Below, in pieces: positions 1-8,629 of a stretch of DNA of 64,000 bases (positions are counted from its first letter, which is position 1; each line of letters begins with the position of its first letter). The stretch is from NCBI GenBank assembly GCA_963706595.1, contig OY970166.1:4032001-4096000 (forward strand), given 5' to 3'. Below the pieces are notes generated by a model that was not told the origin of the DNA, did not search any database, and was given only the letters and a program-made list of their open reading frames with translations. Both the position numbers and the translations under genes were made by a program. The stretch is from an uncultured cyanobacterium. GTDB lineage: Bacteria > Cyanobacteriota > Cyanobacteriia > Cyanobacteriales > Nostocaceae.

Positions 1-2053
1 TCGCCAAGCCAGTTCTAAGCAAGTAGACCCTAACAAGCTGCGTCAAGGTGATTATGTAGTTCACAGAAGTCACGGAGTAGGTAAATTTGTCAAGCTGGAA
101 AGTCTCACGATTAATCATGAAACTCGTGATTATTTGGTAGTACAGTATGCTGACGGTATTCTGAGAGTTGCAGCCGATCAAGTTGGTTCTTTATCCCGAT
201 TTCGCCGCACAGGAGATAAAGCCCCAGAATTACACAAAATGACTGGTAAGGCTTGGGAGAATACGAAGAACCGCGTTCGTAAAGCCATCAAAAAGTTAGC
301 AGTGGATTTACTGAAACTTTATGCAGCCAGATCCAAGCAAGAAGGCTATACCTATCCTCAAGATATGCCTTGGCAAGAAGAAATGGAAGATTCTTTTCCC
401 TACCAAGCTACTACCGACCAGCTAAAAGCTGTGCAGGATGTCAAACGGGATATGGAAAGCGATCGCCCAATGGATCGTTTAGTTTGTGGTGATGTAGGAT
501 TTGGGAAAACCGAAGTAGCAATTCGCGCGATTTTCAAAGCTGTGACATCAGGTAAACAAGTCGCCCTGTTAGCACCCACTACTATTCTGACTCAGCAACA
601 TTACCACACCCTCAAAGAACGCTTTGCACCTTACCCGGTAAATATCGGCTTACTGAATCGTTTTCGCAGTGCTGAAGAACGCCGCACGATTCAAAAGCGA
701 TTAGCCACAGGAGAATTAGATATAGTTGTCGGGACACACCAACTTTTAGGAAAAAATGTCAGCTTTCGGGATTTAGGACTGTTGGTGGTAGATGAAGAAC
801 AACGATTTGGGGTAAATCAAAAGGAAAAAATTAAAAGCTTAAAAACTCAAGTTGATGTGCTGACACTTTCGGCGACTCCCATTCCTCGGACTTTATATAT
901 GTCTTTGTCGGGGATTCGAGAAATGAGTTTAATTACTACACCACCCCCCAGCAGAAGACCAATTAAAACTCACTTATCGCCATTAAGCCCGGAAATTGTC
1001 CGTAGCGCTATTCGTCAAGAATTAGACAGAGGGGGACAAGTATTTTATGTAGTTCCACGAGTAGAAGGAATTGAAGAACTGACGGCTAATTTACGAGAAA
1101 TGATACCGGGGGGTAGGTTTGCGATCGCGCATGGTCAAATGGATGAAAGCGAGTTAGAGTCTACAATGCTGACTTTCAGTAATGGTGATGCCGATATTCT
1201 GGTTTGTACAACAATTATTGAATCTGGTTTAGATATTCCGCGAGTCAACACCATTTTAATTGAAGATGCCCACCGCTTCGGTTTATCGCAATTATACCAA
1301 TTACGTGGTCGTGTAGGACGTGCTGGAATTCAAGCACACGCTTGGTTATTTTATCCTAAGCAAAGAACTTTATCGGATGCAGCCCGGCAAAGGTTGCGAG
1401 CGATTCAAGAATTTACCCAACTCGGTTCTGGGTATCAGCTAGCAATGCGCGACATGGAAATCCGGGGTGTGGGTAACTTGCTGGGTGCAGAACAATCGGG
1501 TCAAATGGAAGCTATCGGCTTTGATTTGTATATGGAAATGTTGGAAGAGGCGATTCGAGAAATTAGAGGACAAGAAATACCCAAAGTTGATGATACACAA
1601 ATTGACCTCAACCTCACAGCATTTATTCCCTCTGATTATATTCCCGACGTGGATCAAAAGATGAGTGCTTACCGTGCAGTGGCGGCGGCGAAGTCTTCAG
1701 AAGAATTAAAATATATCACGGCTGAGTGGAGCGATCGCTATGGGGCGTTACCAGTTCCAGCGAATCAACTTTTACGAGTTATGCAACTCAAACAGTTAGC
1801 GAAAAAGTTAGGATTTAGCCGCATTAAACCAGAGAATAAGCAACACATTGTTTTAGAAACGCCAATGGAAGAACCCGCTTGGAATTTACTAGCGGGAAAT
1901 TTACCGGAACATTTAAAGACACGTTTTGTTTACTCTCCTGGTAAGGTGACAGTTCGCGGTTTAGCAGTTTTAAAAGCTGACCAACAATTGCAAAGTTTGC
2001 TGGATGCGATGAATAAAATGCAAGGTGCTGTTGCTGAGGCGGTTGTTGTGTGA
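1..2053 (+). CDS. mfd: Transcription-repair coupling factor (5' end outside window)
   Basis: Frame is open from position 2 ([29 protein letters not shown], CarD-like domain). SF2 motifs [26 protein letters not shown] and the TRG motif are present. Confidence 0.97.
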   Translation, partial: RQASSKQVDPNKLRQGDYVVHRSHGVGKFVKLESLTINHETRDYLVVQYADGILRVAADQVGSLSRFRRTGDKAPELHKMTGKAWENTKNRVRKAIKKLAVDLLKLYAARSKQEGYTYPQDMPWQEEMEDSFPYQATTDQLKAVQDVKRDMESDRPMDRLVCGDVGFGKTEVAIRAIFKAVTSGKQVALLAPTTILTQQHYHTLKERFAPYPVNIGLLNRFRSAEERRTIQKRLATGELDIVVGTHQLLGKNVSFRDLGLLVVDEEQRFGVNQKEKIKSLKTQVDVLTLSATPIPRTLYMSLSGIREMSLITTPPPSRRPIKTHLSPLSPEIVRSAIRQELDRGGQVFYVVPRVEGIEELTANLREMIPGGRFAIAHGQMDESELESTMLTFSNGDADILVCTTIIESGLDIPRVNTILIEDAHRFGLSQLYQLRGRVGRAGIQAHAWLFYPKQRTLSDAARQRLRAIQEFTQLGSGYQLAMRDMEIRGVGNLLGAEQSGQMEAIGFDLYMEMLEEAIREIRGQEIPKVDDTQIDLNLTAFIPSDYIPDVDQKMSAYRAVAAAKSSEELKYITAEWSDRYGALPVPANQLLRVMQLKQLAKKLGFSRIKPENKQHIVLETPMEEPAWNLLAGNLPEHLKTRFVYSPGKVTVRGLAVLKADQQLQSLLDAMNKMQGAVAEAVVV

Positions 2054-2123
2054 TCAATAATCCATCAGGAGTTCAAAAAAAGGGTTGCTTAGGTCTGGTT
2101 GATTCTGGATTTGCATAGAATAA

Positions 2124-2432
2124 ATGGCAGATTTACCTAACAATTGGGCTGATATACAACCAGATACTGTATATATTTCAATGAGTGGGCTGTTAATTTC
2201 ATTTGCAAGCGAGCAAATAAAGTTAGGAATAAAATATGATCAAAATGGCAAGCATTTAAAAGCAATCGAGAAGGGACAAGTACCCACACGCGGTAATGTT
2301 GGGCTAGTTCCTTCCCAAGAAGAAGGCTATGAGTTGAAATCGAAAGTATTAGGTAAAGGTGGCGATCGCCGATTTCATGCAAAATTTATTGATGGTGTGT
2401 TGCACTTTCCCGGTTGGATAACAGAACATTAA
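2124..2432 (+). CDS. Hypothetical protein, possible small RNase-toxin-like domain
   Basis: 102-aa ORF with C-terminal GYELKSKVLGKGGDRRFH...H, reminiscent of RelE/BECR-like toxin tips. The function is inference only. Confidence 0.6.
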   Translation: MADLPNNWADIQPDTVYISMSGLLISFASEQIKLGIKYDQNGKHLKAIEKGQVPTRGNVGLVPSQEEGYELKSKVLGKGGDRRFHAKFIDGVLHFPGWITEH

Positions 2433-2444
2433 ATAGGAGTAAGT

Positions 2445-2825
2445 ATGACAAAACTCGAATTAAGAAATCACCAAGTCTGGAGAGATTTAACCGAAATATT
2501 AGAAACTTTATATCCTGATATTCTTGTTAAAGAACATCTTGAATCATGTGATTATAAAATATGCGGCTACTGGGATGAGCAAGATAAATATCATGAAACA
2601 ATTACTTTACCGCGTAATCTAGAAGCCTTATTAGTCAGCAGTTCTATCGGAGTTACTAATAAAAAACGCTTTATACAACTAAAGTTTTCCCTAATAAATG
2701 CTGGTATTGATATTACTCATCAGCCAAGTAATAACTCTCAAAAGTTGGGTGAATTAGTTCTTGTATATGATGAAAATCTGGAGTTTATTGATGAAAATTG
2801 GCTTTTAGATATCGATTTTATATAG
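2445..2825 (+). CDS. Hypothetical acidic protein, possible immunity/antitoxin partner
   Basis: 126-aa ORF with an AGGAG RBS, starting 12 bp after the previous stop. Confidence 0.6.
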   Translation: MTKLELRNHQVWRDLTEILETLYPDILVKEHLESCDYKICGYWDEQDKYHETITLPRNLEALLVSSSIGVTNKKRFIQLKFSLINAGIDITHQPSNNSQKLGELVLVYDENLEFIDENWLLDIDFI

Positions 2826-2852
2826 CAATCCTAAATAAGTCATTGGACCCAA

Positions 2853-2885
2853 AGATCCCCGACTTCTTGAAGAAGTCGGGGATCT
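2853..2885. repeat. 33-bp palindromic dispersed repeat, copy 1
   Basis: AGATCCCCGACTTCT-TGA-AGAAGTCGGGGATCT; the same stem occurs at 11146 and 20228. Confidence 0.9.
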
Positions 2886-2991
2886 GAGCCTCTCGTCCTT
2901 CACTGATGCAGCAAATTATGGGCTAAAAAAATGTGTTACTCTACAGGTGTTAATCTTTACATTATCAAACAAGCAACTTTAGACTCTGAAT

Positions 2992-3879
2992 ATGCAAATA
3001 GAAAAACGCTTAAAAAATCACTACAAACGCTGGAATATTGAATTCTCTTATGAGGAAGAATTTTTAAAGTTCAAAAATAGATTGGTAAGGATTATCGATA
3101 AATTAATCGGTGTTGAGCTGCTTTTAAATTCAGATGTTGATAAAGATTTTATTGAAATATTTAACTTCCATCAAGCACATGAACCCTATGTGAATACTTA
3201 TTATAATGAAGAGGATTTTTTTGATCTCGATACCAAAATATTGCGTTATATCAAGGATTGTAAAAATACACAAGAACTAGCGACAGTATTACAATTTATG
3301 TTTTGGGCGCTAGAAAAAAATGATGAAACGCAAAATTTGGTTTTACAAATAGTCAAAGAAATTAGGAGATTGTCTCCATTAACACCCAGCGCGGCGTTTC
3401 AAATTTACAAAAAAGGTAAGCAAGTAATTATTTACCCTTATGGTGATGAGTTTTTGGATATCGGTATTATCGATTGTGTACTGTCTGGACTGGAAGATTA
3501 TCCAAAAGTCGCTGAACCTTTTGAAAAAGCACTCAAGATTTATCAAAGTGGTGAAATAAGCTTATACAGAAATTTGCTTGATAATTTACGCTTTGCGCTT
3601 GAGCAACTTTGTCGGCAGATATTGAACAACGAGAAACAATCATTAGAAAATCTAAAACCTTCTCTTCTACGTTGGCTTCACAATAAAGGATTACATAAGG
3701 AAGTATCAAATTTATATGAAAAGCTATTAAGCCAATATGAGAAGTACCAAAATAACGCTGTGAAGCACAATGAAAATTATTCTATAGATGAAGTGGAATT
3801 TATGATTTATCTCACTGGCAACTTTATCCGTCTCATACTCCAGTTGGCAAGGCAAGTAAACAATGTTACCGAGTCGTAA
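2992..3879 (+). CDS. Hypothetical protein with HEPN/Abi-like helical C-terminus
   Basis: 295 aa, AT-rich. The C-terminus LDNLRFALEQL...YQNNAVKH...EVEFMIYLTG has a HEPN-like layout. Confidence 0.55.
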   Translation: MQIEKRLKNHYKRWNIEFSYEEEFLKFKNRLVRIIDKLIGVELLLNSDVDKDFIEIFNFHQAHEPYVNTYYNEEDFFDLDTKILRYIKDCKNTQELATVLQFMFWALEKNDETQNLVLQIVKEIRRLSPLTPSAAFQIYKKGKQVIIYPYGDEFLDIGIIDCVLSGLEDYPKVAEPFEKALKIYQSGEISLYRNLLDNLRFALEQLCRQILNNEKQSLENLKPSLLRWLHNKGLHKEVSNLYEKLLSQYEKYQNNAVKHNENYSIDEVEFMIYLTGNFIRLILQLARQVNNVTES

Positions 3880-4030
3880 CTGTTCACTGTGAGATGTTAA
3901 CAAGTGATCGCCTGGAAAATACACCCTCAGATTTTATAATAATTAGTGCGCTATTAGTGCGATCGCCCCTCATATCGGCAACAATAAAATTAGAGATGAG
4001 ATTTCATGAGTTTTGCAGAAGGTGAATCCT

Positions 4031-4258
4031 ATGGAAAAAATAATGGCTATTGCTCAAATCGAAGAGCAGTTTAATTCAGAATGGGTACTGGTGGAAGACC
4101 CAGAAACTGATGAAGCTTTAGACGTTCAAAGCGGCAAGGTACTGTGGCATAGTAAGGATCGAGATGAAGTTTATCGGAAAGCCGTAGAATTACGTCCCAA
4201 AAGGTTTGCAATGCTTTACACTGGGCAGATACCTGAAAATACAGCGATCGCGCTATGA
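4031..4258 (+). CDS. Small hypothetical protein (DUF5678-like)
   Basis: EWVLVEDP...GKVLWHSKDRDEVYRKA pattern; ATG at 4031. Confidence 0.6.
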   Translation: MEKIMAIAQIEEQFNSEWVLVEDPETDEALDVQSGKVLWHSKDRDEVYRKAVELRPKRFAMLYTGQIPENTAIAL

Positions 4259-4427
4259 GTTTCTCTTTCTGGAAGTCTTTGCAGTAGGTTCAAAATTTTG
4301 GTCAATGCAAGTTACCGTTGCAGAGACAGTTGTTATTTCAATACTGATAATTGGTAGCCAATTTATTAAAACGGGTGTAGAGTAGTTGAGATCGTTTATC
4401 TCATCCTCACCTTTAAAGCATCCATCT

Positions 4428-4667
4428 ATGGATAGAAAAACCAAGCGCCTGTTATTGCTCGTTTTTTCCTGTAGTCTAACTGGTGTAATTCTAGGCGGCA
4501 CATCCAGTTGGGCAGAAAGTAATCTTTGCTTACAATCCGAGACAGTGACGAGCAATTGTTTAAAACAAGAACCCATCCAAAAAACTATCCAAGGCATGAG
4601 TACAGGTTTGGTAGCAGGAGCAGGTGCGGCGGCTGGTGCAGCCTGGAATATCCGTCACGAAGATTAA
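4428..4667 (+). CDS. Small membrane/secreted hypothetical protein
   Basis: Hydrophobic N-terminus, Cys pair and a glycine-zipper-like C-terminus (GLVAGAGAAAGA). Confidence 0.65.
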   Translation: MDRKTKRLLLLVFSCSLTGVILGGTSSWAESNLCLQSETVTSNCLKQEPIQKTIQGMSTGLVAGAGAAAGAAWNIRHED

Positions 4668-4777
4668 TTTGTCAGACAACATCCCTATTTTAGATATAGA
4701 GTTTGAGCAACGCTTGGCGTTGCTCAGTTCTGGGAACCAATGACTTCTAACCTGTGGGCATTTGTGCCAAATCAAGG

Positions 4778-5527
4778 TTAAAAAGTATAATTTCGCTCGC
4801 GCACCCATAAACTAACGGGTACAGCATTACCTTGAGGATCTACTTTGACTCTGACAGTAATTGGTCGGATTTGTCTACCTCTATTTCCTCTATTTCTTCT
4901 AGTTTGCTGAACGCTTTGGAAGATATCATCACTAATTTGCTGCCGTTGTTGTTCTGGAAGGTAGTATGTTTCTACTCCATAGGTAACGGCATTATCTTGA
5001 TATACCCCTCTTAAGGCTACTTGATTACTGGGGAGAGATTCAGGCAGATTGCTACTTACTCGTATCGGTCTCCAAGCGGTGGGAACACCACGACCAGAAG
5101 AAATTCGTTGCTCTTGCAAAATCACATACAAATTGGTTCCTGGTGCCAATTGTCTGTTTCTACCTTGATTTCCCTGGAATAAATCATCCCAACCGCGAAG
5201 TCTTCGCAAATTTTCTACACGGGATATGTTGTATTCCAATTGTAGGGAAAAGTCTTGAACAACATTATTCGGGTCTTGAGCCACTGTTTGCAGAATTACA
5301 TCCCTACCCGCGATGTTAGTATACATTGCTTGGGTAGGAACTGCGAGAATTATTCCTGTTTGAATTAAGAGGGGAACTAATAGCCGCCAAAAAGGTAGCG
5401 GTTTGTTCGCTTTTTGTTCAGTAGCAATGAGGTAATCTCGAAAAGTTAGCTTCTCCGAGAATTCGGCTTCTGGGGATAATGTTCTAAATGATTTATTTCC
5501 ACTCGATTCAGAGGAATCACTTTTCAT
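4778..5527 (-). CDS. Membrane-anchored GDYXXLXY-family protein
   Basis: One TM segment, DPNNVVQDFSLQLEY (degenerate motif) and YGVETYYLPE; lies downstream of the DUF2157 gene, its usual partner. Confidence 0.75.
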   Translation of the reverse strand: MKSDSSESSGNKSFRTLSPEAEFSEKLTFRDYLIATEQKANKPLPFWRLLVPLLIQTGIILAVPTQAMYTNIAGRDVILQTVAQDPNNVVQDFSLQLEYNISRVENLRRLRGWDDLFQGNQGRNRQLAPGTNLYVILQEQRISSGRGVPTAWRPIRVSSNLPESLPSNQVALRGVYQDNAVTYGVETYYLPEQQRQQISDDIFQSVQQTRRNRGNRGRQIRPITVRVKVDPQGNAVPVSLWVRERNYTF

Positions 5528-5636
5528 GAGCGTAGTCCTAAAATGAAGGGTTATTTTTCTAATTCTGTCTGGTTAAATTACCAGAATTAGGACTGACGCA
5601 GAGATCCTCTAAAAAGGGTGAAACACAGAGATTTCA

Positions 5637-5747
5637 CTAGTACAAGTTGGCGTAAATAAACAGACCATTCAAAATCCATGAAAAGCCCATTTTATAAGCT
5701 TTTTGACTTTTGATTTTTGACTTTTGACTTCCGCCTTGCGGTACTAG
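5637..5747. mobile_element. MITE-like element with internal TTTTGAC repeats
   Basis: Ends CTAGTAC...GTACTAG with further imperfect inverted similarity (GGCG.AA); no ORF. Confidence 0.6.
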
Positions 5748-5809
5748 CTACTATCGGTAAACGGAAAGAAGTTACACATTTGAAATGCTCAAACCCTTAC
5801 AGAACTGTA

Positions 5810-5856
5810 ATTACGAATTACGAATTACGAATTACGCATTACGCATTACGAATTAG
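5810..5856. repeat. Heptamer tandem repeat (ATTACGA/C)n, STRR type
   Basis: attacgaattacgaattacgaattacgcattacgcattacgaatta. Confidence 0.85.
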
Positions 5857-7270
5857 ATCCAACAGGTCGGCGACGTTCAAACCACAGTCCAGCGCTAATT
5901 AATGCCGAACCGCATAAAACAAAGACAAGTGAGCGAAAAAGTATGTCAGTGTCGTATTCTAGCACGCGGCTAATAATTTGCAGCGTTAGTAATAGCATAC
6001 CGCCCCAGAAGGTGTTTCTGTTGTTTAATTTTAATCCTTCTCGGATTAGCCCTGATGCCAAAAATGCTAAAAGTACATTGAAGATAAAACCGCCTAATTC
6101 ATCAATGCGCGTGATAGCTAGATGCCAAAAAGGTGTAACGATGATGAAAGTCAAAAAAGTGATAACTACAGCAAGAGTGAAAATCACTTCCCGGCGAGGA
6201 GGGTTATTTCTCAGGCGCAGCAGCGACAACCATTGTAATACTGCTAAACCACTGAGAACTCCTAAATCGATCACAGGCAGAGTCATGAATAAGTTATTTG
6301 TTGTGCTATTTAGCACAAAAGAATTCAAGGTTGGGGCTACCCATTGCCAACGAAAAGACAAGGCATAAAACACCAGTCCAAAAAATATCAACGCTAAGTT
6401 ACGGGCGAGAGGTTGAAATAACCTGTAATTAACTGTCGGGAACAGCAAATCATCATAACTCCAAAACAATGCAGGTGGCAGTGCAAAAGCAAAAGATGCC
6501 ACCCAAGGAGCCATATTAGAATAGTTCAGCAGTGGTAGCGGATTGAGATTCAACTGCAAAGTACCAGCAAAAACCAACGCTGCTAAGGCAAAAATCCAGC
6601 GCGAGCGACAAAAGTATGCTAAGGGTACAAATAGTAACCATGACAACAAAGGCATGTGTCGCACTAGCAAACGGACCCAATTTAAATCGCCCGGAGAAAA
6701 TGATAAGTCTCCTCTTCCCATCCAATACCCGATTTGGATGAGGATGATTGCCATAATTCCCAGGGAACTTAAAGACAGACAGTAGGCCATAGCCAACACA
6801 CCAAATCCCCAAGCAAAAAACAGTTCGGTCATAGAACCGTTAATGTTAAAAGCTTGTGCCATCAGAACTATGTTTGCGCCTAAAATGAAAGCGCTTAAAA
6901 TTAGCAGACTTTCTCCCAGGATGCGTTTACCTTGTTGCTGTTTATTCTTTTCGTTGTTGCTGGATTTAGCTTGGTTCCATGTCGAAAAACCAGTGATACT
7001 CGTTGAGATAAACAAACTCATCATCAGGATAAATTTGACTTCTCGTGACCATGTTTGCCAGTTTGCTGCTACAAAGGTAATTACACCTAAACACAAAAGG
7101 ATACTACCGATAGAAATCACAATCACGACAAAGCGATCGCGTGCTGCTGCTTCTAGGTTATTAAATCGATAACGTTGTGCTAGGTCTTGGTACTGGGAAG
7201 CACTAATTAGTCCTTCATCTCGCCATAATTGTGCTTCTCGGCGTAATTTTTGCGGAAAATCATCTAACAT
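5846..7270 (-). CDS. DUF2157 multi-pass membrane protein
   Basis: WRDEGLIS N-terminus, GVITFVAANW motif and many TM helices. Confidence 0.85.
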   Translation of the reverse strand: MLDDFPQKLRREAQLWRDEGLISASQYQDLAQRYRFNNLEAAARDRFVVIVISIGSILLCLGVITFVAANWQTWSREVKFILMMSLFISTSITGFSTWNQAKSSNNEKNKQQQGKRILGESLLILSAFILGANIVLMAQAFNINGSMTELFFAWGFGVLAMAYCLSLSSLGIMAIILIQIGYWMGRGDLSFSPGDLNWVRLLVRHMPLLSWLLFVPLAYFCRSRWIFALAALVFAGTLQLNLNPLPLLNYSNMAPWVASFAFALPPALFWSYDDLLFPTVNYRLFQPLARNLALIFFGLVFYALSFRWQWVAPTLNSFVLNSTTNNLFMTLPVIDLGVLSGLAVLQWLSLLRLRNNPPRREVIFTLAVVITFLTFIIVTPFWHLAITRIDELGGFIFNVLLAFLASGLIREGLKLNNRNTFWGGMLLLTLQIISRVLEYDTDILFRSLVFVLCGSALISAGLWFERRRPVGSNS

Positions 7271-7390
7271 TTATGACCATCTCCTGTACAGTGGGTTAGC
7301 TGAGAAATCATGATCAGAATGTCGGTCATTAGACTTTCAGTATGCAGCCAAAACCCTGAATAGCATTGTTCTTCTGTAACAGTTTTACTA

Positions 7391-8371
7391 ATGGAAAAAC
7401 CATCAAATTTATTACTTAAACTCTCGCGCCGTTTGTTTGAAAACCCTGATAAACAAGAACAATTTATTGATGCATTAATTAATCCTCAACCTTTTAATCC
7501 GGCTATTCTTTGGTGTCAAAGCAAGCCGAACTTACTGCCTTTTTCAGTAGAATTACCAACAGATTGGCAACCAGATTTTGTAGACCGTCTATTATTAGGA
7601 GAAAAGCCAGGTAAACATCCCCTACATCAACAAGGTTATTTTTATTGTTTAGATTTTTCTTCTATATTTGCAGCTTCAGTTTTATTAACAATTCCTCAGC
7701 CGGTGCGTTTGGTTTTTGATATGTGTGCTTCCCCAGGAGGAAAGAGTGTTTTCGCCTGGAAAGCTTTGCAACCTGCTTTACTAATTAGTAATGAAGTGAT
7801 TGGTAAACGTTTGGGGATGCTAATTTCTAATTTAAAGCGTTGTCAAATTAGCCCTTGTACCGTAGTTAATCGAGATTCTAGTATTTTTGCCGACAACATT
7901 CCTTTGTCTAGTGATTTAGTCATAGTAGATGCGCCTTGTACTGGGCAATCTTTACTAGCTAAAGGGGAAACAGCACCTGGATGTTTTCATCCCACAGCTA
8001 TTAATAGAAGTGCTAATCGGCAAAAAAGAATTATCGCTAATTCGGCTCAATTAGTTGCACCACAAGGCTATCTAGCTTATATGACTTGTACATACTCGGC
8101 TGAGGAGAATGAGCAGGTTTGTGAATGGTTTTTGTCAAAGTTTCCTCAGTTTCAAGCAGTGAGAGTTGATTATTTAGATGAATATCAGTCACACTTAAGT
8201 AATATTCCTTGTTATCGGCTTTTTCCTCAAGATAGGCTGGGTGCAGGTGCATTTACGGTGCTTTTTCAAAATACTGAAGTTGGTAAAGCACAAGAAATAA
8301 ATTTAGACGATTTGTCTGGGGTTTGGATGAATACGAACCACAGAGGCGCAGAGAACGCAGAGAATTTTTAG
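7391..8371 (+). CDS. RsmB/NOP (RsmF-like) RNA m5C methyltransferase
   Basis: DMCASPGGKS, DAPCTG and YMTCT motifs. Confidence 0.9.
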   Translation: MEKPSNLLLKLSRRLFENPDKQEQFIDALINPQPFNPAILWCQSKPNLLPFSVELPTDWQPDFVDRLLLGEKPGKHPLHQQGYFYCLDFSSIFAASVLLTIPQPVRLVFDMCASPGGKSVFAWKALQPALLISNEVIGKRLGMLISNLKRCQISPCTVVNRDSSIFADNIPLSSDLVIVDAPCTGQSLLAKGETAPGCFHPTAINRSANRQKRIIANSAQLVAPQGYLAYMTCTYSAEENEQVCEWFLSKFPQFQAVRVDYLDEYQSHLSNIPCYRLFPQDRLGAGAFTVLFQNTEVGKAQEINLDDLSGVWMNTNHRGAENAENF

Positions 8372-8482
8372 CGTTGCTGAAAGCAAGTATGAATTTAAAT
8401 GTAGAGACGTTCTTTATTGCAAGTCTTTACAGAAATTTTGGCATGATCACAAATCATGTTTATACTTCAACTCAGCAACGCC
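8370..8482. mobile_element. MITE with 8-bp target-site duplication
   Basis: TIR GCGTTGCTGA/TCAGCAACGC, flanked by direct repeat GAATTTTT (8362-8369 and 8483-8490). Confidence 0.75.
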
Positions 8483-8629
8483 GAATTTTTAAATGTATTC
8501 ACCACAGAATATGTATAAGTAAACTTATGGTTGCTCATAGAGAAAATATGGGTATTTTTGAGTAAAAATACGGAAGTGTAGCCCTAGATTTAATCTTAAG
8601 ATATACTTGGATATTTATGGATTTTAATC

